Positions 24,990 through 37,700 of a DNA stretch of 64,000 bases are shown here, one piece after another. Source of the DNA: Marsupella aquatica (Eukaryota > Plantae > Marchantiophyta). The stretch spans positions 29,313,611 to 29,377,610 of the forward strand of contig OZ316891.1 of NCBI GenBank assembly GCA_973895155.1, read 5' to 3'. The translations under genes were made by a program, and so were the position numbers. Each line of letters begins with the position of its first letter. The first letter of the stretch is position 1. Below the pieces are notes generated by a model. The model was not told where the DNA came from, made no database searches, and saw only the letters and a program-made list of their open reading frames with translations.

Positions 24990-26343
24990 ATGGAGCAACT
25001 GGAAAGATGGTTGGCGGATCTTGATGAAGAATTGGAAGAGAAGGATGCTGAATGGGATGAGGAACAAAGATTTTGGGCCGGAGTTGATGATGTTCAGTGG
25101 ACCCCTTGCTGCTGCAAATCTTTCCAGGCACCCTAGGGAAAAAAGCACGGAGGGTCTAGGCTCTCGGGGGTTTCACTTCCACAAAAATGGCATATCACGT
25201 GCGACAAAGGATAGGGTCATTTTATTGGTTCTAAGGGAAGACTTAAGAATTTTTGTAGAAGAACAATAGGGTCTTTTAAATTCAATTTTGAGACTTATAA
25301 GAATATTAGGGTCTTTTTAATCCAATTTTTAGAATATTCCAAGAATATTCCAACTTTATAGGGGTTAAAAAATTACTTTTTTTTCTTACATTTTAGGGGG
25401 TCCGAGGCCTAAAAACGTCGCAGGCGATGGGGAGGTCCCCATATAGTGAGACCCCCGAGTCTAGGCTAGGCAAGAGTGAGAATGTGGAGAGGCGTAGAGA
25501 ACAGGGGGCAGAAGACCTTTGGAATGATTATTTGCTGCTAGTCCAACCTATGATGAGTTGAAATTTTGGAGGAGATTTAGAATGAGTAGCAGTTTGTTTA
25601 GCAAAATTCTTGTTGATGTGTGTGCACATGACACTAGCTTATTTTTGCCTGAAGGGTGATACCCAGGGAAAGTAGGCTTGTCTCCACATCAAAAATTGAC
25701 TGCAGCATTGAGGCAATTAACGTATGGAATTGGGGACAGATGCTCTAAATGAGTATTGTAGAATTGGTGACAACACAACATTGGAGTCTATGTATTGCTT
25801 TGTGAAAACCATCAGAGAGTTGTATGAGGGTCACTATTTCAGGAAGCCAACTGCTGAAGATTTCCAAAATCATCTTCAAATTAATGCAGATAGAGGTTTT
25901 TCAAGTATGTTTGGCTCAGTGGATTGCATGCACTAGGGCATGGAAGAATTGCCCGGTTGCTTGGCAAGGCCAATAAGTCCATCATCCTAGAGACCATTGC
26001 TGATCAAGAATTGTGGATTTGACATGCTTTTTTTGGACTGGCTGGGGGGGGGGGAACAATGATCTCAATGTCCTTAACCACTCACCACTTCTAAATCAAT
26101 GGTTCCACAATGATTCAAGCCAATGTCAGTTTCCATGTGAATGGTACAGAGTATAAACAAGCATATCTTGTGGTTGATGGAATTTATCTTGAGTGGTCTA
26201 TGTTCATATCCACTATGCACATGGCACAATCTGAAAAGTTGAAGCATTTTGCAAGGTGCCAAGAAGCAGCAAGGAAGGATGTGGAGAGGGCTTTTGGGGT
26301 ACTCCAAGCTAGATTTGAGATAGTGAAGAGGCCTTTCACCTAG
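24990..26343 (+). pseudogene. Harbinger (HARBI1/Plant_tran-like) DDE transposase pseudogene
   Basis: Recognisable segments MEQLERWLADLDEEL..., HGGSRLGKSENVERRR...LWNDY, RRFRMS, GLSPHQKLTAALRQL, FGSVDCMH*, WKNCPVAWQGQ, NNDLNVL, YLVVDGIY and RKDVERAFGVLQARF. Contains stops, frameshifts and a MITE insertion. Confidence 0.92.
25163..25459. mobile_element. 297-bp MITE with 8-bp TSD (hAT- or P-like), nested in the Harbinger transposase
   Basis: TIR ctcgggggtttcact / agtgagacccccgag. TSD TCTAGGCT at 25155-25162 and 25460-25467. Removing the element restores the frame HGGSRLGKSEN. Confidence 0.88.
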
Positions 26344-27374
26344 TCCACTCACATGTGCTCCTTTTCCCTTCACTTTTTCTTGTTTGGCTGCCTTGCTAGT
26401 CGGGATAGATACAGTACATTGGTCTCATCCCAGCCCGACCCTCATGCAGGCCAGAGAATCCTTTCCTCCCAAAACCAAAGTTCAAGCCTATTTCTCTACA
26501 TGGGTCATAGAAAAGTAGAAGGGACAGCCTCAGCCCTTGCACCATTATCTTTGAGCAAAAGGAAGCTAATAATGATAATAACAGTAGGCCTCCATGAGAC
26601 ACTCCCATCTCTTCATCAAGCAAATATCTTCAATTTTGGGGTCCATCAAGAATTGTGGTGACCTTTGTACAGAAGCATGAGACACTCCCATCTTGTCATC
26701 AAGCAAATACCTTCAGTTTTGTGGGTACATCAAGACTTGTGGCAACCTTTGTACCAAAGCATGAGGAAGGCTTAAAAGCAGTCAATGACAAAACCTGGAT
26801 CCACCAGGTTTCACCATTTCTAATACCTCTAGGAAAGTCTCATCCTAGAGGAGAGGAATGTGAAAAGGGGGAAGTCTTGGACACTTTCCTTTTATATGGC
26901 AACCCGTGGTTTAAACAAAAGAAAGCTAATAATAGTAATAATATTCTTCCTCCATGAGACAAAACAAAAGCCCAAATGGACCAAGACATTGCCCCTGCCA
27001 TCCCCATGGACTGCATAAGGTGATCATTGCTTTTACACTGTAAAGAAGGAGGAACTGGTTGCGGTTCGCTGTTGACTACTTTGACTTCCTTGGGGAGAAA
27101 GTAGTCTAGATGTCATGGTGATCCTGAGTAATGGTATGAAGTCTTGATGTCTTTCAGGTTCAAGGTTGTCAAGTTACAAAGGAAACCGGTTAGGTAATGT
27201 AATTGAAACAGGCTGCAACGGTAGAGAGATTGTTTACAGGTCACATTTCAGTCAAAAATGTAAACAGTGTTATCTGATTATGTTTAAAAGTTTTAAGTAA
27301 GTCCATCCAAGCTTTTACAAGTTTATCTGGGCTTCATACACAAAGTGGAGTTCGGTATGGGCTTTAGTTTCTCC

Positions 27375-27875
27375 ATGAGACACTCCCATCTTTTTCTTTT
27401 CTTTTATTCCTTGAACGAGCACTCCCATCTTTTTCTTTTCTTTTTTCCCCTTGAACGAGCACTCCCATCTTTTTCTTTTCATTTTTCCCCTTGAACGAAC
27501 ACTCCCATCTTTTTCTTTTCGTTTGTCCCCTCGAATGAATGCTCCCATCTTTTTATTTTATGTTTCCCCTCGAACGAACACTCCCATCTTTTTTTGTTTT
27601 ATTTTATTTTTTCCCCTTGAACAAACACTCCCATCTTTTTATTTTATTTTATTTTATTTTATTTTTTCCCCTTGAACAAATACTCTCATCTTTTTCTTTT
27701 CCTTTCTTTTTCCCCCTTGAACGAACTCTCCCATCTTTTTTTCTTTTTTCTTTTTCCCCCTGGAACATACACTCCCGTCTTTTTCTTTTCTTTTTCCTTT
27801 CTTTTTCCCCCCTGGAACGAACACTCCCATCTTTTTCTTTTCTCTCGTCCCCTGGAACAAACACTCCCATCTCTT
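27375..27875. repeat. Pyrimidine-rich minisatellite (~12 units) upstream of the RRM gene
   Basis: Core 'cccttgaacgaacactcccatc' separated by variable T/C(A)-rich tracts. Confidence 0.88.
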
Positions 27876-30218
27876 CATTTCTTCGTGAGAGCGAATTCTG
27901 GACGATTCGAAGACAGACAGTAAAGTTCAGTCCCGTCCCTTCCTCTTCGCCGCTTTCCTTCACCTTCAACTCTCTCCATCCCTCGATCACTACTCTACAT
28001 TACATTGCTCGCTCGCTCGCAGGGTCTCGGATTACGGTTCTGTTGCGGTTCTGCCTTTCCTTGCTTTTTTCGGAGAGATGAGGGGTGCCCCACTGCTGCT
28101 GCTGCTGCTGCCAGACGAGGTCAATCCAGGCAGCAGAAAATCAGGCTGATTGGTGTGCTGACTGATGAGGTAAGGATGTTGTTCGCTTGGTGCGTGAATC
28201 TTCCTTCCGCAATGAATTTTTTGATTTGTGTTGGTTTCTAGCCAGATGGTGTTGTTTAGACAGGGAGGTCGTAATCGCAATCTGTGGAGCCTTGCTCGCT
28301 CTTTCTATGTATTGTCAATTCCGGATTGTGAGCATTCATGGCGCATCTTGTGTTCCGCCTCCTATTTGCCACAATCGTCCTGTTTCTGGTTTCTGCCGCT
28401 GCTGTGCCTGATCCTTTCTGGTCGCTTTCTTCGTACGCAATCTCACATCTATCGTTTCCTTGACCGGGAATTGTAGCAGCAAGTCGTGGGCCGTCTCTTG
28501 CACGTTATGCTCTTTCGTTTTGCCGAGTGCGTTTGGTCCCGACTCTGTTTTATGCGCCTGCCAATTTGGGATGGCAAGAATGAAATATTTCACATCATGA
28601 TTAATGAACAATGTTGGAAAAGTTCAAAGTGATGGTTGTGAGAGACCTCTCAAGCAGCTGAGGAGGAAGCTCAGAACGGAAAATTACTATGAGAGCTTGA
28701 GAGGAAAGTTGTCCCCTGTTGTGTTCGGAACCCCTGTTCTGGTCCTTGAATTAGGGTTTGGAGCAAAAGGAGATAATTGATTGCATGAACTGAGTTTATT
28801 CATCAGGATTAAGGTCGGTGCTCTTGGAGCTTCTAAATCCATGCAGAAGGGAACAGGAGGAAAGTAAAATGACTTACAATTGCAGGATGAAGATGAAAAC
28901 CTCTAAGAAAGCATGCCTTTTACATTTGCACGGAAAGCGTTATTGAGTCCCTTTTTGGTATCCTAGGTCTTCGATTGTGAGAATGCAATTCTGAAGATAT
29001 TCAGAATCGTTAAGAGTTGAAACAAGTCTGAGCGATGGCTATAGCTGAGAAGTTCATTTCTGCGAGAGACTCATTGGACAATATATTCTGCCGAAAGGGT
29101 TTCTAAGGGGACCTCTGAGTGAGGAACTGCTGTGTGAGGAGGATGTCTCCTGAAGGCATCATCTGCAATTCGCAGGCAAATACCACTTCTGGGTCTCCCT
29201 CAAACCACATCGAAACAGAGCAACTTGAGCGCTTTATTACAGGGACCCTCGGACTAAGCCAGCTGTCCCAATTTCTCATAAACCTCAGTTTAGTTTTTAC
29301 TCAGCGCTTGCAGCTCAGTTCACGTGCGATATATGACGTACTGTGAAAACCGGTTGACAAGAGTGTTTTTCACTGTTCAATTCAAATACGTGGAGCGTAA
29401 TCACTGATAGCAAAGTATCTCAGGCTCTGTTAACTATTACTTGATTTCCAAGACGTAAAAAACAATGAACATACGGCTACTCCATAGGCATCACTTTCAT
29501 GACGAATCTCACGAGGGAAAAGAGACCATTGATGAGACCTATGGATGCGAGATCAGGGAGGAAATCTTTTCTTCAATAATTGACATGTGTTCTTTTAGAT
29601 TGAGGGGGTTCTTTGCTCGCATTTGAACGGGCTCTCACCTACGACTGCTTTCATGAGCTTGTTGGAAGGGTTGTATTTTACATCGTTCGATACGGATAGT
29701 TTAGCCTCTTGCGTGACAGGAATTTGTCCTACAAAACGTTTCCAGACCGTGTTATGTTTATTGTTCCAACTTCATCATGCCAAATGAACTGCCCTGTTCC
29801 ATGTAATTTATCGTTTGATCGAATCTGCAGTAATGACTGGATGTGAATAATTCAAGTTTGAAAGAAGTTCCTGTTTGATGAAAATCTATATCTGAACTCC
29901 ACTAGTATCACTGCCCCATGGTTCTGACACACTGTTGGATTTGCATGACAGGGGAAATTTTCTCGTGCAAAGCTCAAGCTCTGGAAATCCTGTTACAGCT
30001 AGCTTCAAGAGATGCTGTCCATTTCCAACGTTTATCAACAACAGAAGTGTTCCGAATCCTAGTAAAACAGAAAGTTAAAACTCAAAATTGTTGGAGTCCT
30101 TTCCAAGAGATGCTATTGTTTCTGGGCACGTTTCGTCCAAACAGTAGCAGCTTTTCGGAGGGTCAGAATCACCTCTGTAAAGATTGATCCAGTAGGCTGT
30201 GATTCTGCGTAGGTGGCA

Positions 30219-33200
30219 ATGACCAGTGGGAGTCCTTCCCAGAGGACAGAGTCACGATTATTGGATTCCCCTGTCAGAGATGCTGTTGGTCAGGACAGTG
30301 GGAAGTCTGGCCTCAAGCGATTACGTTCTGTTGTGGTAGGAAGTGCCGGTAAGAAAACCTAACAGTCTGGAAATGCACTCAATTGACTCATCGTATAACG
30401 TGCTCAGGTCATTAGAAACGAGATTCTGTTAGTAATTTTCCTTGAGGGGATATGGTACAAATTAAGAGATGGTGTCATTGAGCTGATATGGACCGTCCTA
30501 ATGCCGTCTTTGTTGCTTGACAGAAAATCCGGACTTACTATCAGAACCAAACGGGCGGCACCATCATGTGAAACCCCGCCTTGATATGGGTCTCCAAGGC
30601 TCGAAGGTCCTACCTGGTGTTGCGGTTGCTTTGAAGGCTGCAGCCGCTGCTGCTGAGGATGTCAACAATAACTCCATGAAAAGCAAGATGAGATCTTTTG
30701 GAAGTGTTTGGGATCGATTAGGAAACAAGTCTAGCGAGAGACTGGGAATGGAGGAGAAGGAAGCCCAGGAAGCGGCCACAGTTGCCGTCGACAATGGAGA
30801 AGGGGAAGACACCAAAAATGGTGGTGGACTTGATACTGTTATGGCGAAGGGACCTAGATGGAGAAGCATTTCAGAGAGATTAGGGCCAAGACAAGAAGAG
30901 GACATTGCAATGGCTCCTGATGTAAACCCTGGAGGTTTTGGATATGGCCAGGGACACGCGGAAACTAAATGGTTTGATATCGTAGGAAGGGGGATGAGAG
31001 GATTTGCGGAGGAAATGAGTGATGAAGATGATCGTGTTGGAGATGCAATAAATCACGCTGACGGTGGCTTCTTCAGATATGGTAGTATTGATCCCCGCGA
31101 AGATTTTTCAGTAAAGCTTCAAGAGTCTAGTAGTTTATTTTACAGGCTGGGGGAGAGGGGGCCAGCTCCAGGTTTACCACGTGGTCTCATTTCTGGTCTC
31201 TCAGGAGCTGTACATTTCCCAAACAAACTGCCAAATATCCACATCAATTCCAATGCACGTTATCTGCTGTCTAAGGATGCTGATATTGCTCTGAACAGTC
31301 CTCATCATTTTTACTCTCAACTTTCAAATCATGGGCCTACTTCACTGGAAAGACAAAGTGTGCCAATTCCAGCCGTGGTGGATGTAAATGTAAGAACTTC
31401 TCTTGAAATTCCCTGTATTTTGGTAAAGTGAACACCATTAGAGATCTTTCAGAAATTGCTGATGCCATTGGGCCCAAGCGTGCATAGCTCGATTTGAATG
31501 CTAAGCACTATGAGGAGCTCATTTGTAAGGTTGGAATGTCTTCAGGATGTCTTGGTAATGAAGAAGAGAATGCGGCAAGTGCAACTGGCGATGACAAAGC
31601 TACGTGCTAAACAGGCTGAAGTATCCAACGAGGCTCAGAAGGTGGTTAGTGTACCAGGCTCAGGTACCCCTACCCTTAACCCTGTAGTCCTGCACAGAAC
31701 TTTGCTTTGGGTCTACAAACTCCTGGGTTATGGTTATGCGACATTGGGCTTCAATGTCACATGGAAGCGAGTAATGGACGTGAAATTAGGAACTGTACCG
31801 AAAGTACTTCATGGATTTCTTGTGTTTTGAGCACTGAACGTTGATCTGAAACGCTTATGGAAGGTCCACATGTTTGGTTTCTGTTGACTTCTGATTGAAC
31901 ATCCAGACGTGAGTGTTTGATATCTAGGAGGAATGCAATTCAACGTTAGACTTGAATTTGCACATTCTGACAGAAGCTTTTGAATCCGCTGCAGTGGCTA
32001 TGAAAGCAAGGTCGCAAGAAGAAATCGACCTACATTCTGTTTGTGTTATGAATGTGAGTTTCAGAACCTTGCGAGTGTAGATATGTCAATCTTGCTTTCA
32101 ACTCTTTGTGCTTTTCTAAATACTGGCCAGCCCTTCAATACCGTGCTCTATTGATGGTGGCTAATCATTGTGGTGTGCACTAGTGAGAAGGAGGCACGTG
32201 TTCGTATATTCAAGGTAGAGAAAGCAAATTGATTGCAAGTGTTGGGCTTGACTGCTCATCTGCTTGTAGAACGCAGCCGTTTCTGTCCCAAATCCCTATA
32301 AAGTGTTTGGCATGTCTTACTTTACAGAGCCTGAAGAATTTGCTTACTTGGATGGTTCCTGGCGTTCTTGAAACTTCCTCACGTCGAAGTTGTGTTTTTC
32401 AAAGTAGGAAACGCACAAAAGTAGGCTTGTTTAGCTTAAAGAGGACCATTGGCTATCCTGGTAAAGTCAAGTCAGTCGTGTCCGGTACAACCTCCTTCTG
32501 GATCCTGGAGATGCCATTCTAGACTCTGAAAGCTCGAAGAAGTTCATCGATAAGAAACCCGATTGATAGGTTGTGTCCTGCATGATCGTTGGCCTGTGAA
32601 ATTGCCTCATGGTTTTGAAGAGAATTTGAGGGTCTAACACTCGTTTGTCCATGTTTCACAGATACACTTTGCGGCTACGAAGGAGGTAGTTGCTGGACAT
32701 TTTAGCAGCTGTGGTGACATTGTACGTGCTACTGTCCTGACCGACATTGCAACTGGCAAGCCGAGAGGGTAACGTTATTTCCAAACTTACTGCCATTTGT
32801 ATGCTCCTTCTGGGGTAGATTGGTTATTGGGGTCATTGTCTGAATTGTACACTCCCATGGAAGGAAATGGATACTGTGCTATGACTGTGTATCTATCATC
32901 TTTAGTGATACACTATAGATGAAGTGCTATGATACTATTACTGTCCAGATGCCGAAAATGAGTAATGCGGCTGTCACGTGTTCTTGTCCTTTCCCTCATC
33001 TTTGATTGTGGTCATGTAGGTCTGCATACGTGGAGTTCTCTTCAAAAGACAGTGTTGAGAAAGCTCTCAACATGAATGATTCTTCTCTCTTATCTCGGAC
33101 GCTAAAGGTTTGTATGATCGTCTCGTTGCAATGCTCTTGACAATTTTGTTTCAAATTTCTAAATACTCTTTCGGTTTCCGGGTGCTTATGATATAGGGTG

Positions 33201-33692
33201 CTTATGATATAGGGTGCTGGGCTATCATGACCCTGGTCAGAGATTAGTTGGTGAGAACATTTTCTTGATCGTGATCATTTGCAGGTAGTACGCAAAGATG
33301 CAGCTACGGAGGGTATCATCCCTCCAACTGTTGGGCGGCCCAATCATTTACCGTCATATACGTCAGCGAGGGCACCTGGAAATTTCATGAGAGGAAAGCC
33401 TCTCAATATGCGCAGGCCTGTAAGCATGACTAGACCCTTCGCTGGAACAGCTAATCTGCAATGGAAGCGGGAAACATCGTCACCTGCTGGCAAATCCGGA
33501 ACTATCAACGCCGGCCAAACCAATGGTTCAAGTCTTCCTGCGACTGGTCGACTTCCAACTTTGCAAAGCCCTACTGCACTGATGGGGAATAGATATGGGC
33601 AAGGTCCAATTCGCATGACTCGGTCTATGTCTTACGTACGCCCTGCACCTTACCCGGCACGAGAAACTAGTCAAGTGGCCCAGAAGACATAA
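30219..33692 (+). CDS. RRM-domain RNA-binding protein (PABN-like C-terminal RRM; At3g12640-like family)
   Basis: Exons 30219-30348, 30524-31389, 31546-31663, 31995-32053, 32662-32768, 33020-33107 and 33285-33692, with GT-AG borders and matching phases. Motifs KRLRSVV and SVWDRLG, a coiled segment (DVLVMKKRMRQVQLAMTKLRAKQ), and the RRM SVCVMN/IHFAATKEVVAGHFSSCG...TGKPRG/SAYVEF...LSRTLK/VVRK. The true start may lie further upstream (candidate leader exons from ~27950). Confidence 0.85.
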
Positions 33693-34780
33693 GGTTTCCT
33701 AGTATTATTGCGGCCCAGTGTTGGCAGTCCACATGTTTTTGAAATCCAATATATGAGAATCTGGAGCAGTCATCTACAACAAAGTTTCGAAGATCAGGTG
33801 TGATTCAGTTTAGCCTGTGTCAACTTTGTAATTCTTGTCCTACTTTACGAAGCTTTGTCAATAACAAATGATGAACTAATTCGTTATGCTTAGGACAGCA
33901 ACCCGTTTTTGGTTGTCGAACAGCCATCAGAGCGCTCTCGGCTGGCGCATATGATTGGCCTCCAACATCTTTTAACTGCGGGTCTTGCATGGGTTCTAGC
34001 ATGCCTATATTACTGTTAGGTCTGTCCATTTTACATTGCCGTCGAAGCAGACTGTTTCCCCTTGGTTTTGTTCTGTCCAACCCACTTTCGATTTGGGCTT
34101 TCATGACAAGTTAAAGTCGAGGTGTACTCTCTCTACACATGCCTAGGCACCCAAGGTTAGTGGTAGGAAACTCAAGCTAGCATAGAATCCTGACCCTTCC
34201 TTGATCTTACAGCTCTTTCATGGTTCCTGTTAAATTCACCACTGCAGGAGTGACTCGTACAGAAAAAAAAAAAAAAGGAGCTCGACACCTCCTCAGTCTA
34301 CTTGTACTTCAATAGCTTACGAGTGTTTGTTATGAATAATACTTTGGAGCACTTTTAAGCTCACTGCTACTTCGAATTCTAGTGCTTGATACTATCAGAA
34401 AGAGATCTTACAGGCTGAACGGAACAAGAAGTTGATAAACAGCTTGCGTGTTGACACAGTGAGTGCCATAGGTCGACTTTTGAGGGGCTTTCATGCCCAT
34501 AATGCCGTTATAACAGGTTGTTAATACACTCAGAAGGCCTAAGAGATTCATTTTTTCACTGGGTTAAGTACGAGTAGAGGAAAAGTTTCGTGGGTTCTGA
34601 TCCAATGCAAATCTGGACTGGGCAGTCTCTTCCAAAAAGCACCACAATTGCTATTTTTTTCCCAAAGAATAGACAGGTCAGAATCGTATAATTTAAACAG
34701 AAATTTTGGGGAGCCAGCTGGGTGAGAATTGACAGAGTGGGTTCACTGGATCAAATTTTAACGGAGGCATTTTCCAGAGC

Positions 34781-37700
34781 CTATATTTCATCATCACTAT
34801 CAGCTTCTATGATAACACCTCGTGAGACACGGTTATCATGGCTGGCTCGCTCAATACAGGTCAGAATGCGGTTTGCAAGTCTCCTCACTGACCACTTCCT
34901 GTGCCATGGCGCCATTTTGAGTACCTAGAAACATGAAGCCGTTGCTGTTACTAAAGACAATAGACCATCTCAACACAAATTTGGTGCTGAAAAGCAGAAA
35001 TCAATGGGGGTACTCGGGAGTCTCCCCTCTGGCAATATTCTCCCCACTGGCAACATTTTAGTTCCTTGGACAACTGAGTTTCAGAGTAAATGTGGTCAAA
35101 TCAGGTTCTTGCAAGCTATGAGTGTCCTGCTACGTTTTATCTCAAAACGATGGGTACGCTATTTGTGTTCTGTCCTCTAGGACTTGACTTTACTGCTTTA
35201 GTTTGAAGGTTGAAAGAGCCATACATACATACCAGGTACTTCCGAGAGAATTAATTCGGAGTTATGATACCCACCTCATCTGAATTGAAACTCTCCAAGA
35301 TAACACCTCCTCGTTTCGAAACTCCCATATCTCTCCAGTTCATTCTAAAATACCCAAAATCTTTCGCTAGCTCCTGCAACTCAAACCATTCAGCGTCAAA
35401 AACGCCATCAAAGACCCTACACACGTGAACGGCCTTCGAGGAACCCTGTAGACAACAGTTTGATGTGGGGATAACAGCTACAGTATCCGTTATAAATTGC
35501 AAATAAATTAGCAAAAGTATTAGTGAAAATCATGAAATAAAGGGAAACCCAGTCCTGTGCACTCACTGTGTTGAGTGGAGCATTTTCATCACCAATTACA
35601 CCTAGCACAAGACCTCGATGATCAGCCTGTGAACCCTGCTCAAAAACACACACATTTCCTTAGCTGCACAAACTGTGAGCTGGAATTTCCAAATCAGAAG
35701 CGTCTCTTCACAACGCCCTACTGTATGCAGGTACAGGGAAAAAGAAACAAAAAAAAAAACTCTGCGCAAGCACGGACAGCAGTACAATGGACAGAAGAAT
35801 AAATCCGAGCGATAATAACGTTAGGTCTAAGTGGAACAGTTAATGATGCTAGGTGGACTTCACAAGCGACTTAACAAGAACTTAAGATAGAATGACCAGC
35901 TATCTGTGAGGCTGAATATTTTGGAAGGAAAAAGAGGGAATCCCATAAAAAGCTAGAAGATCTGAGTGCGAATCCTCATATACATATATGTACCTGTCCA
36001 TGTATCTCCAGTACAGGGACACCCTGGCTTGTCTGTAGCCCATCAGAACAACCATCACAACTCAGGAACAAGAAATTGAGGCTAAAACTAGTTTACACAT
36101 CAGCAATTAGATGGTAGTAGGAACGCCTTAAGTAGTCTTTGAGACAAATGTGCAATTGGACCAGGCTAGGAAGAACGAATTTCCTAAAGAACTACCTTCT
36201 TGGACACCCAGTTAAGATACTCCTCCCAGGTAAGGTTGGGAGAGTCACGATCTGGCCTTAGTACTTTCCATCCATTTCCCATCAACTCCTTCTCTAACAT
36301 GTTGGCCACCTGGTCACAACCATTCCGACAAAAACACACCAAGATTAGTTTTTTGCTACATCACGGACAGAAAGCAGTCAATTGAGAGAAACCTCGTACA
36401 CTAAATGTACATCACAGATGATACTGACATCCATATTGAAGTCACGCTCCCCTGGTGCTCCAGTCTCAAAACCAGGATCAATCCAATGCCCTGGGATCAC
36501 GCTTATAAAATCTCTTGTTCCAATCGTTTTAGATGCTTTGAGATAAGTTGAGGTGGGAAGAGGAGCAGTCGTTGCAGCCTGTGAGAAATGGAATAACAAC
36601 AACTCATGACCACTTTAACTCCTCAAATCTCTTCGTATCATATGTAGGCAAACAGCAACCATTTTTGCTCAACCTTTGAAAAGCAGAAATGCAAGGTTCA
36701 GAATTACATTGCAGGCTACTTGAACGCAGGATACTAAATATTGGCGTGGGCCTAGATAAACCAGAAGAGACCTTGTCAGTAATAATATACGACACCTTGC
36801 AGGAGTCTAATCTCGCAAGTAGAGGCAAGCTACCAGATAATCGAGAGCCATCATCAAGAATAAATTTTGCGGGGACTTCAGCGAGACCAGCTGCAACCTA
36901 CATACACAACAAGTGCTCACACTTGAATATTTAAGGAAAAACCAATCTTTTGAAATAGCCACAGTTGGGAGAATCAAATCCCTACACAAAAAAATCTTGA
37001 TTAATTATGAGCTGCACTTGCATTTGACTACTACAGTCCGTGATGTGACAGTTTGTCTTCTGAAGTCCACCAAAACTGTTTGAACTCACCCCTTTGCATT
37101 CAGGAGATAGATTGAATGAGCGGGAATACTGCACTTCAACGACATCTTTTCCTGGTTGAAGCAAAAATTTGACCTGCGCACGGTGCAATACTACAGTTGT
37201 ATCAAACCCTATGAGGACCGACTCTCAGAATGAGTTAAGGCACATGCCAGGAAAAGTTGTCACTCCAAGCGGACTAAGGAAAACTGAACAGTAAACCATG
37301 ATTTGACGTACCGCATCACCAGGATGCCATTCAACCTGCAAAGACCATTGAGGCCACTTTCTAAGACTCACCATATTATCTATCTGCAGCAACACGATTC
37401 CATGTCACAGCCTTAAGCCTTCAGTCACAACAGAAGGAACCTATGACTGATTTCCAATTAAATTTGAGCATCTCGCAGGACTGCCAATGTCATGATTGGG
37501 AACTCGTACTGTTAACTTTAGCAAGGGACACGAGCCAAACGAGAGTCGATGAACTAAAACTATTGTACTTTTTGATATGCTAAAATATGGCATTTCCTTG
37601 CGATTAAAATCACTTGTCGAAGCAATTGCACCACCAAGATGAATTAAGAAGCTAACAAAGAGATTTTAACATGCACCTCAATATTAGCCTGCAAGCTGAG

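Larger units (their letters stand above)
24594..26343 (+). mobile_element. Truncated PIF/Harbinger element
   Basis: Left end TTA|gagcatctccagcgg (typical Harbinger/Tourist TIR after TTA) followed by a transposase relic. Right TIR not found. Confidence 0.75.

Noticed and set aside
27375-27875. CRISPR-like repeat/spacer array
   Set aside because: The spacers are low-complexity T-rich and similar to each other, the repeats are degenerate, no cas genes are present and the context is eukaryotic. It is a minisatellite.
27315-28081. Overlapping F/L-rich and K/R-rich ORFs
   Set aside because: Artefacts of the low-complexity minisatellite.
34781-37200. Initial readings as AP-5 mu, a TIR domain, or an EEP nuclease (RDFN...ADH)
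   Set aside because: Correct exon phasing gives TSQGVPVLEIHGQ and the full H-E-H-E Amidase_3 pattern. The other readings needed out-of-phase exons or lacked key motifs.
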